Source of the DNA: Octopus bimaculoides
Taxonomy: Eukaryota
Assembly: GCF_001194135.2 (NCBI RefSeq)
Contig: NC_068988.1
Coordinates: 16,364,080-16,408,776 of the forward strand
Length of the DNA stretch: 44,697 bases
Reading direction: 5' to 3'
Of the stretch, positions 10,798 through 22,319 are shown piece after piece (within the stretch, counting starts at the first letter, position 1; every line of letters begins with the position of its first letter). The notes beneath the pieces are model-generated. The model saw only the letters and a list, made by a program, of their open reading frames with translations. It had not been told where the DNA came from and did not search any database. The position numbers and the translations under genes were made by a program.

Positions 10798-11633
10798 NNN
10801 NNNNNNNNNNNNNNNNNNNNNNNNNNNNNNNNNNNNNNNNNNNNNNNNNNNNNNNNNNNNNNNNNNNNNNNNNNNNNNNNNNNNNNNNNNNNNNNNNNNN
10901 NNNNNNNNNNNNNNNNNNNNNNNNNNNNNNNNNNNNNNNNNNNNNNNNNNNNNNNNNNNNNNNNNNNNNNNNNNNNNNNNNNNNNNNNNNNNNNNNNNNN
11001 NNNNNNNNNNNNNNNNNNNNNNNNNNNNNNNNNNNNNNNNNNNNNNNNNNNNNNNNNNNNNNNNNNNNNNNNNNNNNNNNNNNNNNNNNNNNNNNNNNNN
11101 NNNNNNNNNNNNNNNNNNNNNNNNNNNNNNNNNNNNNNNNNNNNNNNNNNNNNNNNNNNNNNNNNNNNNNNNNNNNNNNNNNNNNNNNNNNNNNNNNNNN
11201 NNNNNNNNNNNNNNNNNNNNNNNNNNNNNNNNNNNNNNNNNNNNNNNNNNNNNNNNNNNNNNNNNNNNNNNNNNNNNNNNNNNNNNNNNNNNNNNNNNNN
11301 NNNNNNNNNNNNNNNNNNNNNNNNNNNNNNNNNNNNNNNNNNNNNNNNNNNNNNNNNNNNNNNNNNNNNNNNNNNNNNNNNNNNNNNNNNNNNNNNNNNN
11401 NNNNNNNNNNNNNNNNNNNNNNNNNNNNNNNNNNNNNNNNNNNNNNNNNNNNNNNNNNNNNNNNNNNNNNNNNNNNNNNNNNNNNNNNNNNNNNNNNNNN
11501 NNNNNNNNNNNNNNNNNNNNNNNNNNNNNNNNNNNNNNNNNNNNNNNNNNNNNNNNNNNNNNNNNNNNNNNNNNNNNNNNNNNNNNNNNNNNNNNNNNNN
11601 NNNNNNNNNNNNNNNNNNNNNNNNNNNNNNNNN
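10798..11633. other. Assembly gap (N run)
   Basis: Run of N starting inside a (CT)n tract. Confidence 1.
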
Positions 11634-11783
11634 TATAAGATCACATTCACATATCATTTATAACGTATATTACTTTTTAACTGTTTCTCTTTATTTATTT
11701 TATTTGTAACAATTGAATATCCTAACACGAAAGAAACAGTAAATTATTTGATAATTACTTAAGTACAGTTGGATCATGGAAAT

Positions 11784-11850
<67 letters not shown>

Positions 11851-12905
11851 ATGGTGGATAAGATTTCATACACGGCGAACAATCCATCATATGTAACTCT
11901 TACAAGCTAAAACGGACAGTCAAGACCCATCACACATAAAGAAAGATTATCTTTTAAAGGCACGTTACCTGTAGGCTGGCGGGATATTTAAATGAATGAA
12001 AAAATTAGTTAATCTTATACCCACGAGTTTCACCACAATGATCAATTAAATCAATTAATTAGTCGATCAATTGATTAATTAGCCATCTGTGGATCCTCAG
12101 TAAGATCGCTGAAAAACGCATAATTATGAAACTACAATACATACCGAAAAACACATGCATACTAAGTTCCATCTTCATACATCATGGATTTAAATTAAAA
12201 ATCCTCAAAATATCGCTCTGTGTCAGAATTGTACCGCAGTGAATAAATTCGACAGCGTGAAACCCGGCCGATGAATCGAAATATTTAACTATATAAATAC
12301 AGGGTAGAAATTATTAAAAAATCATAATAATTTTTACCAGTGGTCAGTATACGTAAGAAAAACTCAGAAGACAAATATTTCTATATAATAGTGCATAAGA
12401 TTTCACACAATTTTTGTTTATTCCATGTCAGATCATGTCTTCCCCGAAAGATTCGCCTTTTGATCAGGACAGATTTATGACATTTTTAGCAAAAACGTTT
12501 CGTTAAGTTTTTCTTTCCTTTTTAAATTGTTTACATATTAAAACTTCAGAAGTTCTTACGACTTACGTCGGCGTAATGCATTCCTTTCGTTTGGTTAATA
12601 AAAAATGCCACTGTTTAGTGATTTTTTCATTCATTTTGTCAGAGACGACTATCCGAAAATGCAGAAAAAGCCGACGTCCAAATCATGTTTTCTGATGATG
12701 TGAAATTGATTAAATTTAAAACTCAGTAACATTTTTCTGCAATTTTTCTGAAACAGATAAATAAATTGGATTTAACGTGGAGAATTATTTCAAAATACTA
12801 AATTTCAAAATTTTTATGTAATTTTAAAATTTCACAATATGTAACAGCAACAGGGAGGATGCAACAAAATTAGAGAAACAGACAGTTATAGGACGTCAAA
12901 CACAT

Positions 12906-12939
<34 letters not shown>

Positions 12940-13174
12940 TTGCAAACTTACATACAGGTAATCACGAGTTTACAATGATGTACAATAGACATATGTTTCT
13001 ATGTATGTATGAACGCATGTACGTACATGTATATATATGCATGTATGTCTGTGTCAGTGTGTGTGTGTTTCTTTGCGATGGACAGCAGAAAAGCCACCTA
13101 ATCTCTCTCTCCTTAAAGCTATGTATTCCCCACACCCATCTTTCTTCCCTTTGCGTTTTACAAGTACTTATGCG

Positions 13175-13208
<34 letters not shown>

Positions 13209-13251
13209 GGTGAGCATAAAGGTAAAAGTCCCAGATAACTGGCACAGACGA

Positions 13252-13996
13252 GTTGAAACAATCTGAATATTGGAAAAAGAGGTACATACATCATGAAGTT
13301 GTCAAAGTGCCGAGATCATGACTGCTGGTCAATATCCTATGAACACTAGAAATGCTGTAAGACGTGACATGGACAACTGCAACGGACTCTATAAAGACGT
13401 GGCCAGCAGTGGGTCACAGTACAACATTTTGACTGTGTCAGCATATTGGAATTCATCCAACAACTGATGAATAGTGCTTAGGCTCATTTCAGAGGGCTAT
13501 CTAAAACTACTGATGTCTATATTCAAACCCTGGCTTTTGGAAGGCCATATGAGTGGCAGCATGTTTCCACTCTTGCAATTCTTTCGGAAGCAAACAGGAG
13601 TGGTTTTCTGAGAATTTCTATGAGTTTACAAGCCCCAGCTTATGTCCTACTAAATGCCCCGATTGTAATGCCTTCACTTAGTATCGGTGGGGCGCGTATG
13701 AGAAAGACAGCAACCACTCTGCCACCGATACCAACGCCGAGCTGGTAGCCAAAGTAAAGGAGGTGTTCGAGGATATTTCAAGCAGCAGGTTAATTAAGAG
13801 GAATGCAAGGGCCAGGTTCCGAAGTAGACTTAAGACAATGGGAGAGGCTGAGGGCAGCTTCTTTCAGTAAACTGTTATCTCTCAGCCATACACTAGATGA
13901 TATTCTTTCAATTTTTAAAATATGTTTATGCTTACATAAGATGTCGTATTTTTCTCTCTTTGTATGCAGACGGTCAAGTTTATCTCAAACTCTCTG
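13252..13996 (+). mobile_element. Internally deleted Tc1/mariner-superfamily (DD37D/maT-like) transposon remnant
   Basis: Frameshifted peptides: LKQSEYWK.., AEIMTAGQYPMNTRNAVRRDMDNCNG.., EFIQQL, GRPYEWQ, QEWFSENFYEFTSPSLCPTKCPDCNAF*YRWGAYEKDSN..AELVAKVKEVFED..RARFRSRLKTMGEAEGSFFQ*. TIR-like end GTCAAGTTTATCTCAAACTCTCTG. Confidence 0.8.
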
Positions 13997-14482
13997 CATG
14001 TATACAACACACACACATACATACAAATCTCTCTCCCTCACCCTCACACACACTCTCTCTCTTTCTCTCTCATTCCGGTCTAATGACCCACCATGTTTGT
14101 TTTTGTTCGGTTACCTTGTATATCTGCACTGTAATTTTTTTGTTCCCAACTTTGACCCTCCATAAATGCTAAATTTTCTTTTAGAATTTATGGAGCAACT
14201 GTCTTTGAAGATTCCATATTGTCGTTGAATGCTTGAAATGAGGAATAAATAGACAGCAGACAACTGATTAAAGGCCCTTTCTCTGTGTTTATTTGTCCTG
14301 TTTTCCATCTTTTTTTTCTCGTTTACGTATTTCACTCGTTTTTCACTCGTTTGTTTACGCATTTCATGTCATTTGCACCGTAGGTGACGTCCTGTACCCA
14401 TATATACATGTATATGTATGCGTGTGTATGTGCTTGTGTGTGCTTGTGTGTATATGTATATATATATATATATAATGTTAAG

Positions 14483-14518
<36 letters not shown>

Positions 14519-14528
14519 NNNNNNNNNN

Positions 14529-14565
<37 letters not shown>

Positions 14566-14589
14566 GTTAAGTAGTGTAAATGATAAACT

Positions 14590-15084
14590 TTTCTTCGCTT
14601 GAAGAAAGTGAGTGTATAGCTTATCAGCAATTGGGACTCCGATTGAAAAAGGAATTGGAACTTAACTCCGATTGCAAAAAGGATAATAGAGTCACTAAGT
14701 GTACAATCAAATCTAGCTCTTTTTCTATAATTTTCTCAGTCATTGGATTCTCTACCAATGTACCATATTGAAATATTGCCCGGTATATTTTTCTCCCTAG
14801 TAGCAGCTCGGTTGTTCACCCTCAAGCTTTCTACCATTTTTTCAACAAAAATTTCGGCCACAATTTTTGAATCACTATGTCCAACATACTTGCCATGCCT
14901 ATAATTTCAAAACAGAAAACAAGAAAAAACCTAAAAGTAAAAACCCTCTTAACGACCATGACTTTCGGAACATTGTTCCACACTCAGAATAATCGAAGCA
15001 TGTGACAGTCTAACTGTGGCAGTGAGCTATTAGGATCCCTCAAACATCAACAATTCTATGCTTCGCCAAATTTGTCAACATTAG
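14590..15084 (+). mobile_element. CR1-like LINE, decayed ORF2 C-terminus
   Basis: Peptides LGLRLKKELELNS..KKDNRVTKCTIKS, ILKYCPVYFSP (cf. ILEYCSxVWSP) and HDFR/HCSTLRIIEACDSL..SMLRQICQH* (cf. F..R.VEAWNxLP). Multiple stops and frameshifts; family assignment from recalled motifs. Confidence 0.6.
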
Positions 15085-15609
15085 TCCTGACGTGCAAATG
15101 CATTCTTTCTTCTTTGTGGCTCTTTTATTTTTCCACTTTGGTGTTTTATTTTAAGTGCTTTATTCTGTGTACGGGATGCATATTTGGCTTTCATTGCTGT
15201 CTCGCTTTACTTCATTTATAGCTGCATTTCTGCCCTCTCTCTTATGCAAGCTCTCTTTTTATGCAAGCTACAATGCATCTGACATCGCATACAATAACTT
15301 CATTGTTATTATTATATTATATAACCTAATGTACCTAAAGTAAGTCAACGCTGTGGCTAACTTTGACATATCTTACAACCAAGCTAGCTTACAAAATAGC
15401 TACAAATACCCATGAAGAAACAGACTTTCCAGAGACTGTATAAATCCAAGATAAAACTAAATGTACCACATTCCGATAAATAAAGGTAGGTAAAAAAATT
15501 CAAAGTCACTGTTACCACTAGTTTTGTAAAAATATATGTACTCTTCAAAAAGGATTAAGTAATTCTTCAGCGTAACGTCTCTATAATTCGACTAACAGAC
15601 AATCTATCT

Positions 15610-15838
15610 GGTGGCGAACTGGCGGAAACGTTAGCGCACCGGGCGAAATGCTTCGCGGTATTTTGTCTGCCGTTACGTTCTGAGTTCAAATTCCGACGAG
15701 GTCGACTTTGCCTATCATCCTTTCGGGGCCGATAAATTAAGTACCATTTACGCACTGGGGTCGATGTAATCGACTTGATCCTTTTGTCTGTCCTTAATTG
15801 TCCCCTCTATGTTTAACCCCTTGTGGGCTAAACATAAG
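15610..15838 (+). mobile_element. Family-A tRNA-derived SINE (best-preserved copy)
   Basis: GGTGGCGAACTGGCGGAAACGTTAGCGCACCGGGCG (A box), GAGTTCAAATTCC (B box), GAGGTCGACTTTGCCTATCATCCTTTCGGGGCCGATAAATTAAGTACC, tail ..CCCCTTGTGGGCTAAACATAAG. Confidence 0.9.
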
Positions 15839-15960
15839 ACTCTCTATCTGTCTATCTATCTATCTATCTTTTCTCCCTTTATCTTTATTTTTGCTATATA
15901 TATAAAGATATGCATGTATGTCCCATTGATCTTATACCGGCCCCAAACAGCGGCTACACA

Positions 15961-16010
<50 letters not shown>

Positions 16011-16174
16011 CTCTCTATCTATCTATATATATATATATATAATAACATATACATATATTACATGCACATAATATTACGTATATGTATACAAATGAACTCC
16101 CTCACAGACGTATATATATAGAGGTGTAGATGAAATATGTTTCACTGTATGATTGTATTTCTCTCTCTTTCTCC

Positions 16175-16219
<45 letters not shown>

Positions 16220-16469
16220 TTCTGCTCATCTGTTGCATGTAGTTTCTACTTTCACTTTTATACTACGTGGAATACGCATTTCCGTCAATGTTCAAACTCT
16301 TAATCTTATTTTGTTTCTACAGCAGCGTATAATTGCATTAAAACATCCAAACGTCTCACATTTTCACAAAACTCTGAAGGCTCCTCCATGATATCTTTAA
16401 TATTGCATTATATATTTTATCCATATTTTATCTCTCACTTTATGTCGCCATTATTCTCCTCATACCCCC

Positions 16470-16500
<31 letters not shown>

Positions 16501-17771
16501 ATTATATTTGTTTTCTTTTATCTTTATCATCTTTTATTTGTCATTTCTCTGCTACGCTCTAAACAATTAATATCGCCCTCAGGTTTACTACCTTAATAAA
16601 CTACATATTCATGCATTTCTCTGTCTCGTTGTTCCCATCTAATATTATGGTCTATGTCGCTTGAAGCATTTCTTTACTCTTCGAATTCTATTCAATATTT
16701 TCATAATGATTATAGTTTATTGAATATTTTATGAATAATTCATTGTGTCTTTTATTGTGGTGATTGCGATATCTGTTTAGCGGGCGCCCTGCAACCTATT
16801 TAGTTGCAGTGTCTTGTAAATATAATAGGGCAATAAAAGAAATATGTCGAAATTTTCTATATCCAAAAGTTTTGTAAAGAAAGGGGTAGTGAAATATTTA
16901 AAGAAAACATAGGAAAGACTTGGGTGTTTACAAATATAATCAACCCATGTTTGAGATTTCTTTAATAGTTTATTTCTAAAGATATTAAAATGCAATTATG
17001 CATTAATCATTAAGAATACGTTTTGTTGAAAATCAATGGAAAAATTTGTGAATTAATATTGTCTGTTTGTACTAAATATACAGTTGTATTTCACGTGAGT
17101 ATTTAGACCAATATCTACTAGATATATTGAAATGAACGTTTTAATGATTCTTCTGGAACGTCATTATATGTCGGTGTCCCATTTACCCCACCCACTGAAG
17201 GTGAATAAAAGAATAGTTCTTGTCTTTCTCTTTAACAATACTACAGCGAAATACGGAAACCGTTTTGTAAGTGAGGAACATGACTAAAACATAGTGAATG
17301 TCTATCAGTAAAGACAAAAATCAATAATTGAAACTTGGACTTTAGTTTCATATATGTGCCAAATAAATTTTCATTTGTGCTTCATTGGTTTTTAAAAGAG
17401 ACTTGTTTTATAGTCTCTAATCATAGTTTAAAATTTATCTAATTCGACAGGAATCGTTCTTACATATTACAATGAATGAAAGTTAGTTAATATTTTCAAA
17501 TATTTGGATGTATTTGGCTGCCGACACTACGCTCTAAATCAGATGTCTACCAATTCTGTTCGGAAAAGGGATGGATTCGAACCGCTTTTACATCCTTCGG
17601 GCCGAAGAAACAACAAAAAAATGCTGATCATACAAAGAGATATTACATTAACCTTTACATTGTAGGAGTGTTTGTTTGTGTGTGTGTGTGTGTGTGTATG
17701 TGTGTGTTTGTGTGTGTGTATATTATATATTTAACGGTCACATTACATATATTAAATTGCTACTAATGGTT

Positions 17772-18200
17772 TTAGATGATAAGGTTGGAAAGATCTGAAG
17801 TCAGTCATGAAAAGGCGGAATTTTCCAATTCTTTAGAATATATTTATGCACATGCATGCAACCACTGATTATGTCTGACCTGGAGTCCAATAGAGTGTTA
17901 GGAATCTTAGACTGAACATGATCTGCGCTCTTTCGGCCAAACAAAGTTTACATTTATTCACTCCATTCACATAGGTGTACATTTCTAAATTACTTTCCAT
18001 TTAATCACAAGCAGTGTTTAAATATCTTTGCTTGGCTAAAAGAGCGCAGATCCTGTTCAGATCTAATATCCCTGACTCTCGAGTGAACTCTAGGTCCGAA
18101 ATTTTCTGTGGTTGCACGTATACATATAGATATATTCTAAAGAAGTGGAAAATTCCGCCTATTCCTGACTCATTGATATTTTTCCAGCCTTATCATCTAA
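17772..18200. repeat. Long imperfect inverted repeat / foldback (arms 17772-17962 and 18013-18200, ~50-bp spacer)
   Basis: Arm blocks pair with one mismatch each: 17772-17791 vs 18181-18200 (19/20), 17813-17843 vs 18130-18160 (30/31), 17912-17933 vs 18039-18060 (21/22). Intervening parts are colinear but more diverged. Confidence 0.92.
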
Positions 18201-18629
18201 GGTCTAAGGAGGATAACTCTTTTACCTTTGTATTTTTTATTTTTTTTTTTATTTTTGGCATTTTAGTTTCTGGTTTTCGTTTTCCGTTGTTCCGTGTTCT
18301 ATATGCTGTCTTCTCAGTTTTTTCGCGTTTCTTCTATTATCCAATTTCTTCAGTTCGTAATAAGTGGTTTGAAGCTGGATAATATGTTTGAGTTCTCTCA
18401 ACTTACAAAAACTATTAGTAGGTTCTTAATACATATATTGTGACCTTTAAATAAATGATACTCATCTCTCAACAGATAGGGTACTTCTTCTGTTTCTGTT
18501 GAATTTTCTATCACGGATCAGTACATTATATATATGCCAATATATAAATATATGTATGAATGTGTGTATATATGTATATATATGTATAAATAAATATCTC
18601 TCTCTCTCTGTATATATATATATATATAT

Positions 18630-19063
18630 NNNNNNNNNNNNNNNNNNNNNNNNNNNNNNNNNNNNNNNNNNNNNNNNNNNNNNNNNNNNNNNNNNNNNNN
18701 NNNNNNNNNNNNNNNNNNNNNNNNNNNNNNNNNNNNNNNNNNNNNNNNNNNNNNNNNNNNNNNNNNNNNNNNNNNNNNNNNNNNNNNNNNNNNNNNNNNN
18801 NNNNNNNNNNNNNNNNNNNNNNNNNNNNNNNNNNNNNNNNNNNNNNNNNNNNNNNNNNNNNNNNNNNNNNNNNNNNNNNNNNNNNNNNNNNNNNNNNNNN
18901 NNNNNNNNNNNNNNNNNNNNNNNNNNNNNNNNNNNNNNNNNNNNNNNNNNNNNNNNNNNNNNNNNNNNNNNNNNNNNNNNNNNNNNNNNNNNNNNNNNNN
19001 NNNNNNNNNNNNNNNNNNNNNNNNNNNNNNNNNNNNNNNNNNNNNNNNNNNNNNNNNNNNNNN
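18630..19063. other. Assembly gap (N run)
   Basis: Run of N after (TA)n. Confidence 1.
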
Positions 19064-19081
19064 CCAGATTAAGCACTTTGA

Positions 19082-19149
<68 letters not shown>

Positions 19150-19180
19150 TGATGATGATGATAATAATAATAATAATAAT
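19082..19180. repeat. (AAT)n/(GAT)n array 5' of the LINE fragment
   Basis: Seen directly. Confidence 0.98.
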
Positions 19181-19620
19181 CACAAACTCGAAGTCATCAT
19201 CGAAAATGATAATACAAATACCCTGTGGGATTTTATGATTCAGTGCGACCATGAGATAGAGAATAGGAAGCCAGACATAGTGTTAATAGAGAAATAAAGC
19301 AAATTGCGCTGGATCATAGATGCAGCATGCCCAGGTGACAAAAAGGTGTGCGATAAGGAAGAAAGAAAAGTCGAGGAAGTTAAGCAGTTGTTGTCAATGG
19401 AAAAGGTAGCATTAGTACCAATAAGTGTCGGAGCCCTGGAGAAGTATATAAAACAAATAGGGTTTGCAATGAGGGTGGAGCACTTGCAGAAAACAGCATT
19501 GCTTCGAAACGCTGGAAAACTCCGTAAGGTGCTGGAAAAATTAGAGGTGTTATCTTAGTTGTCTGGTAGTGAAAAGCTGAAACCGTAGTACTTTTTCAGC
19601 ATTAGCAGCTGTGCAAAGAC
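19181..19620 (+). mobile_element. R4/Dong-like RLE LINE, 5'-truncated 3' end (endonuclease domain)
   Basis: Translates HKLEVIIENDNTNTLWDFMIQCDHEIENRKPDIVLIEK*SKLRWIIDAACPGDKKVCDKEERKVE..VPISVGAL..EHLQKTALLRNAGKLRKVLE: PD..D..K restriction-like endonuclease and the typical R4 C-terminus. AAT arrays on both sides. Confidence 0.9.
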
Positions 19621-19659
19621 AATAATGATAAGAACAACAACAACAACAACAACAACAAC

Positions 19660-19748
<89 letters not shown>

Positions 19749-19763
19749 TAACAATAATAATAA
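19621..19763. repeat. (AAC)n/(AAT)n array forming the LINE tail or target
   Basis: Seen directly. Confidence 0.98.
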
Positions 19764-19908
19764 TGCATTGAACTTTCTCCTTCTCTTCCATCATGCATTG
19801 TACGTGTGTCGTGTAGTATTCCTCTATATATACGTATGTATGTCTGCGTGTCTACACTGCATGTATGTATGATGTACCTACATAAGTATATATATATATA
19901 TATATATA

Positions 19909-20641
19909 NNNNNNNNNNNNNNNNNNNNNNNNNNNNNNNNNNNNNNNNNNNNNNNNNNNNNNNNNNNNNNNNNNNNNNNNNNNNNNNNNNNNNNNNNNNN
20001 NNNNNNNNNNNNNNNNNNNNNNNNNNNNNNNNNNNNNNNNNNNNNNNNNNNNNNNNNNNNNNNNNNNNNNNNNNNNNNNNNNNNNNNNNNNNNNNNNNNN
20101 NNNNNNNNNNNNNNNNNNNNNNNNNNNNNNNNNNNNNNNNNNNNNNNNNNNNNNNNNNNNNNNNNNNNNNNNNNNNNNNNNNNNNNNNNNNNNNNNNNNN
20201 NNNNNNNNNNNNNNNNNNNNNNNNNNNNNNNNNNNNNNNNNNNNNNNNNNNNNNNNNNNNNNNNNNNNNNNNNNNNNNNNNNNNNNNNNNNNNNNNNNNN
20301 NNNNNNNNNNNNNNNNNNNNNNNNNNNNNNNNNNNNNNNNNNNNNNNNNNNNNNNNNNNNNNNNNNNNNNNNNNNNNNNNNNNNNNNNNNNNNNNNNNNN
20401 NNNNNNNNNNNNNNNNNNNNNNNNNNNNNNNNNNNNNNNNNNNNNNNNNNNNNNNNNNNNNNNNNNNNNNNNNNNNNNNNNNNNNNNNNNNNNNNNNNNN
20501 NNNNNNNNNNNNNNNNNNNNNNNNNNNNNNNNNNNNNNNNNNNNNNNNNNNNNNNNNNNNNNNNNNNNNNNNNNNNNNNNNNNNNNNNNNNNNNNNNNNN
20601 NNNNNNNNNNNNNNNNNNNNNNNNNNNNNNNNNNNNNNNNN
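19909..20641. other. Assembly gap (N run)
   Basis: Run of N flanked by (TA)n. Confidence 1.
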
Positions 20642-21342
20642 TATATATATATATATATATATATATATTTGACACCGCAAGGGTTACAACCATTTCACAG
20701 TTTTCTACATGTAGTAATAATTTCAGTGCGGAATACTCCTGACTGTAATTTCACTGCATGGGTATTCTGCGTTTCAGCTGCATAGACACCCGTCGTATTT
20801 GATTACTATTTGATTACATCTCTTCGTTTTTCAATACTATTTTGTCTGATAGCCGAGTCCGTTGAAGGAGCTTTCTTTGATAGGCACACCATTCTCTGAA
20901 TTCTATGCTATTTTACTTAGTCGGAAAAAGTGTTCGTCGGGGATTTTGTCTGATAGAGATCTACGTCTGTTAAAAGATAAGGCATGTGTCCCAAGACGAG
21001 CTCATTAAAACCACAAATAACTTATACTACAAATTTATACATGCACATTTTTGTGTGTTTGCGTGTGTGCGCGCGAGTTTATATGCATGTATGTATCTAT
21101 GTATATTTATGCCTGCATATACATAGATCTTTATGTACACACACACGCACACACACACATTGACAAAACACACAAACATACACATACATATATACGAACA
21201 CACACTTCCATGTTCTCTGAATCAAAGGTGCCTTATATTTATTTTCATAAGGGCTCAATATTGTCAAACTGACTTTCCTATTTTAGAGATCTGTAACATT
21301 CTCCTCTCCCCCCAAATAAAGGTGACACCAGAGGGTGATCCT

Positions 21343-21860
21343 TCATGAATTACAGTAAAAATGGATTGTATGCATTTCCCGTTCGAAATTGCTTTTACAC
21401 ATTAATATTTTATGCCAAACGGTGAAATATTCTGGGCCAAATTCAGTCAAGGTTTCCCAATTTGTAATTGCTACTAATTTGACTACAGGTCCTGTCATTT
21501 GGCTGCAGATCAATCACTTCCAGTTGAAGATCTGACGGAAGTTCTTCCATACATTAGTGAAATCGATTTTGAAGCCTTTCGCATTTTCATCGATATCTCA
21601 ACAATGTTGTCGGGTATGAATGAATTTGAAAGGAAATTGAGAACTTATATATATTTTTTACATGAGATGAAATGATTTAATTCATTTCTTATTATTGAAA
21701 AACAGAAAACACGCCGGAAAGAACTTACTACACAATATATTGAATATAAGTCCAGAAGGCCTTGTAATGTAAAATCGAATTCGCTCCGTTGCGTTATTAA
21801 ACCACACATTAATAGCTTACGAGGAAAGGCTGAGATTGATTTATTAAAACAAATGACCAC
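21343..21860 (-). mobile_element. hAT (Charlie/GTF2IRD2-like) transposase C-terminal remnant
   Basis: Minus-strand peptides ..SISAFPRKLLM.., DIDENAK, QNRFH*CMEELPSDLQLEVIDLQPND (21550-21494) and SNFEREMHTI before the stop at 21345-21343. They resemble the hAT dimerisation-region motif LQLELIDLQ; internal deletions and stops present. Confidence 0.6.
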
Positions 21861-22055
21861 GCTCGAACAGAATTTTTAAGTATTTTTTCTCCAAATCTTC
21901 ATTCGCACGAGGTGGTTTCTATTACAACATCATTTTTTAGATACTGCTTTTGCGGCAGGGCTAATATTTATTCATTTTTCTCTCTTAGTTTATACATTTC
22001 ACCTTGCTGATCATATATAACATTTGATATAAATATACATATATATATATATATA

Positions 22056-22193
22056 NNNNNNNNNNNNNNNNNNNNNNNNNNNNNNNNNNNNNNNNNNNNN
22101 NNNNNNNNNNNNNNNNNNNNNNNNNNNNNNNNNNNNNNNNNNNNNNNNNNNNNNNNNNNNNNNNNNNNNNNNNNNNNNNNNNNNNNNNNNNNN
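22056..22193. other. Assembly gap (N run)
   Basis: Run of N in (TA)n. Confidence 1.
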
Positions 22194-22319
22194 ATATATA
22201 GATATATATATATATATATATATACTCTCATATGTGTTTATGTATACGTATGTATATATACATACATATATATAAACACACATTTATATATACGTATATA
22301 TACATAACACACACACATA

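Noticed and set aside
10610-11657. Long X-containing ORFs (also near 18.5, 19.6-20.7, 22, 31 and 39-40 kb)
   Set aside because: Artefacts of reading through N gaps.
14636-14683. 18/19-bp direct repeat ACTCCGATTG(C)AAAAAGGA with 29-bp period
   Set aside because: Only two units, inside a CR1 remnant; a local duplication, not CRISPR-like.
14820-14930. Strong minus-strand acceptor with open frame HGKYVGHSDSKIVAEIFVEKMVESLR
   Set aside because: Lies antisense to the CR1 remnant, whose A-rich stretch creates the pyrimidine tract; the donor is weak.
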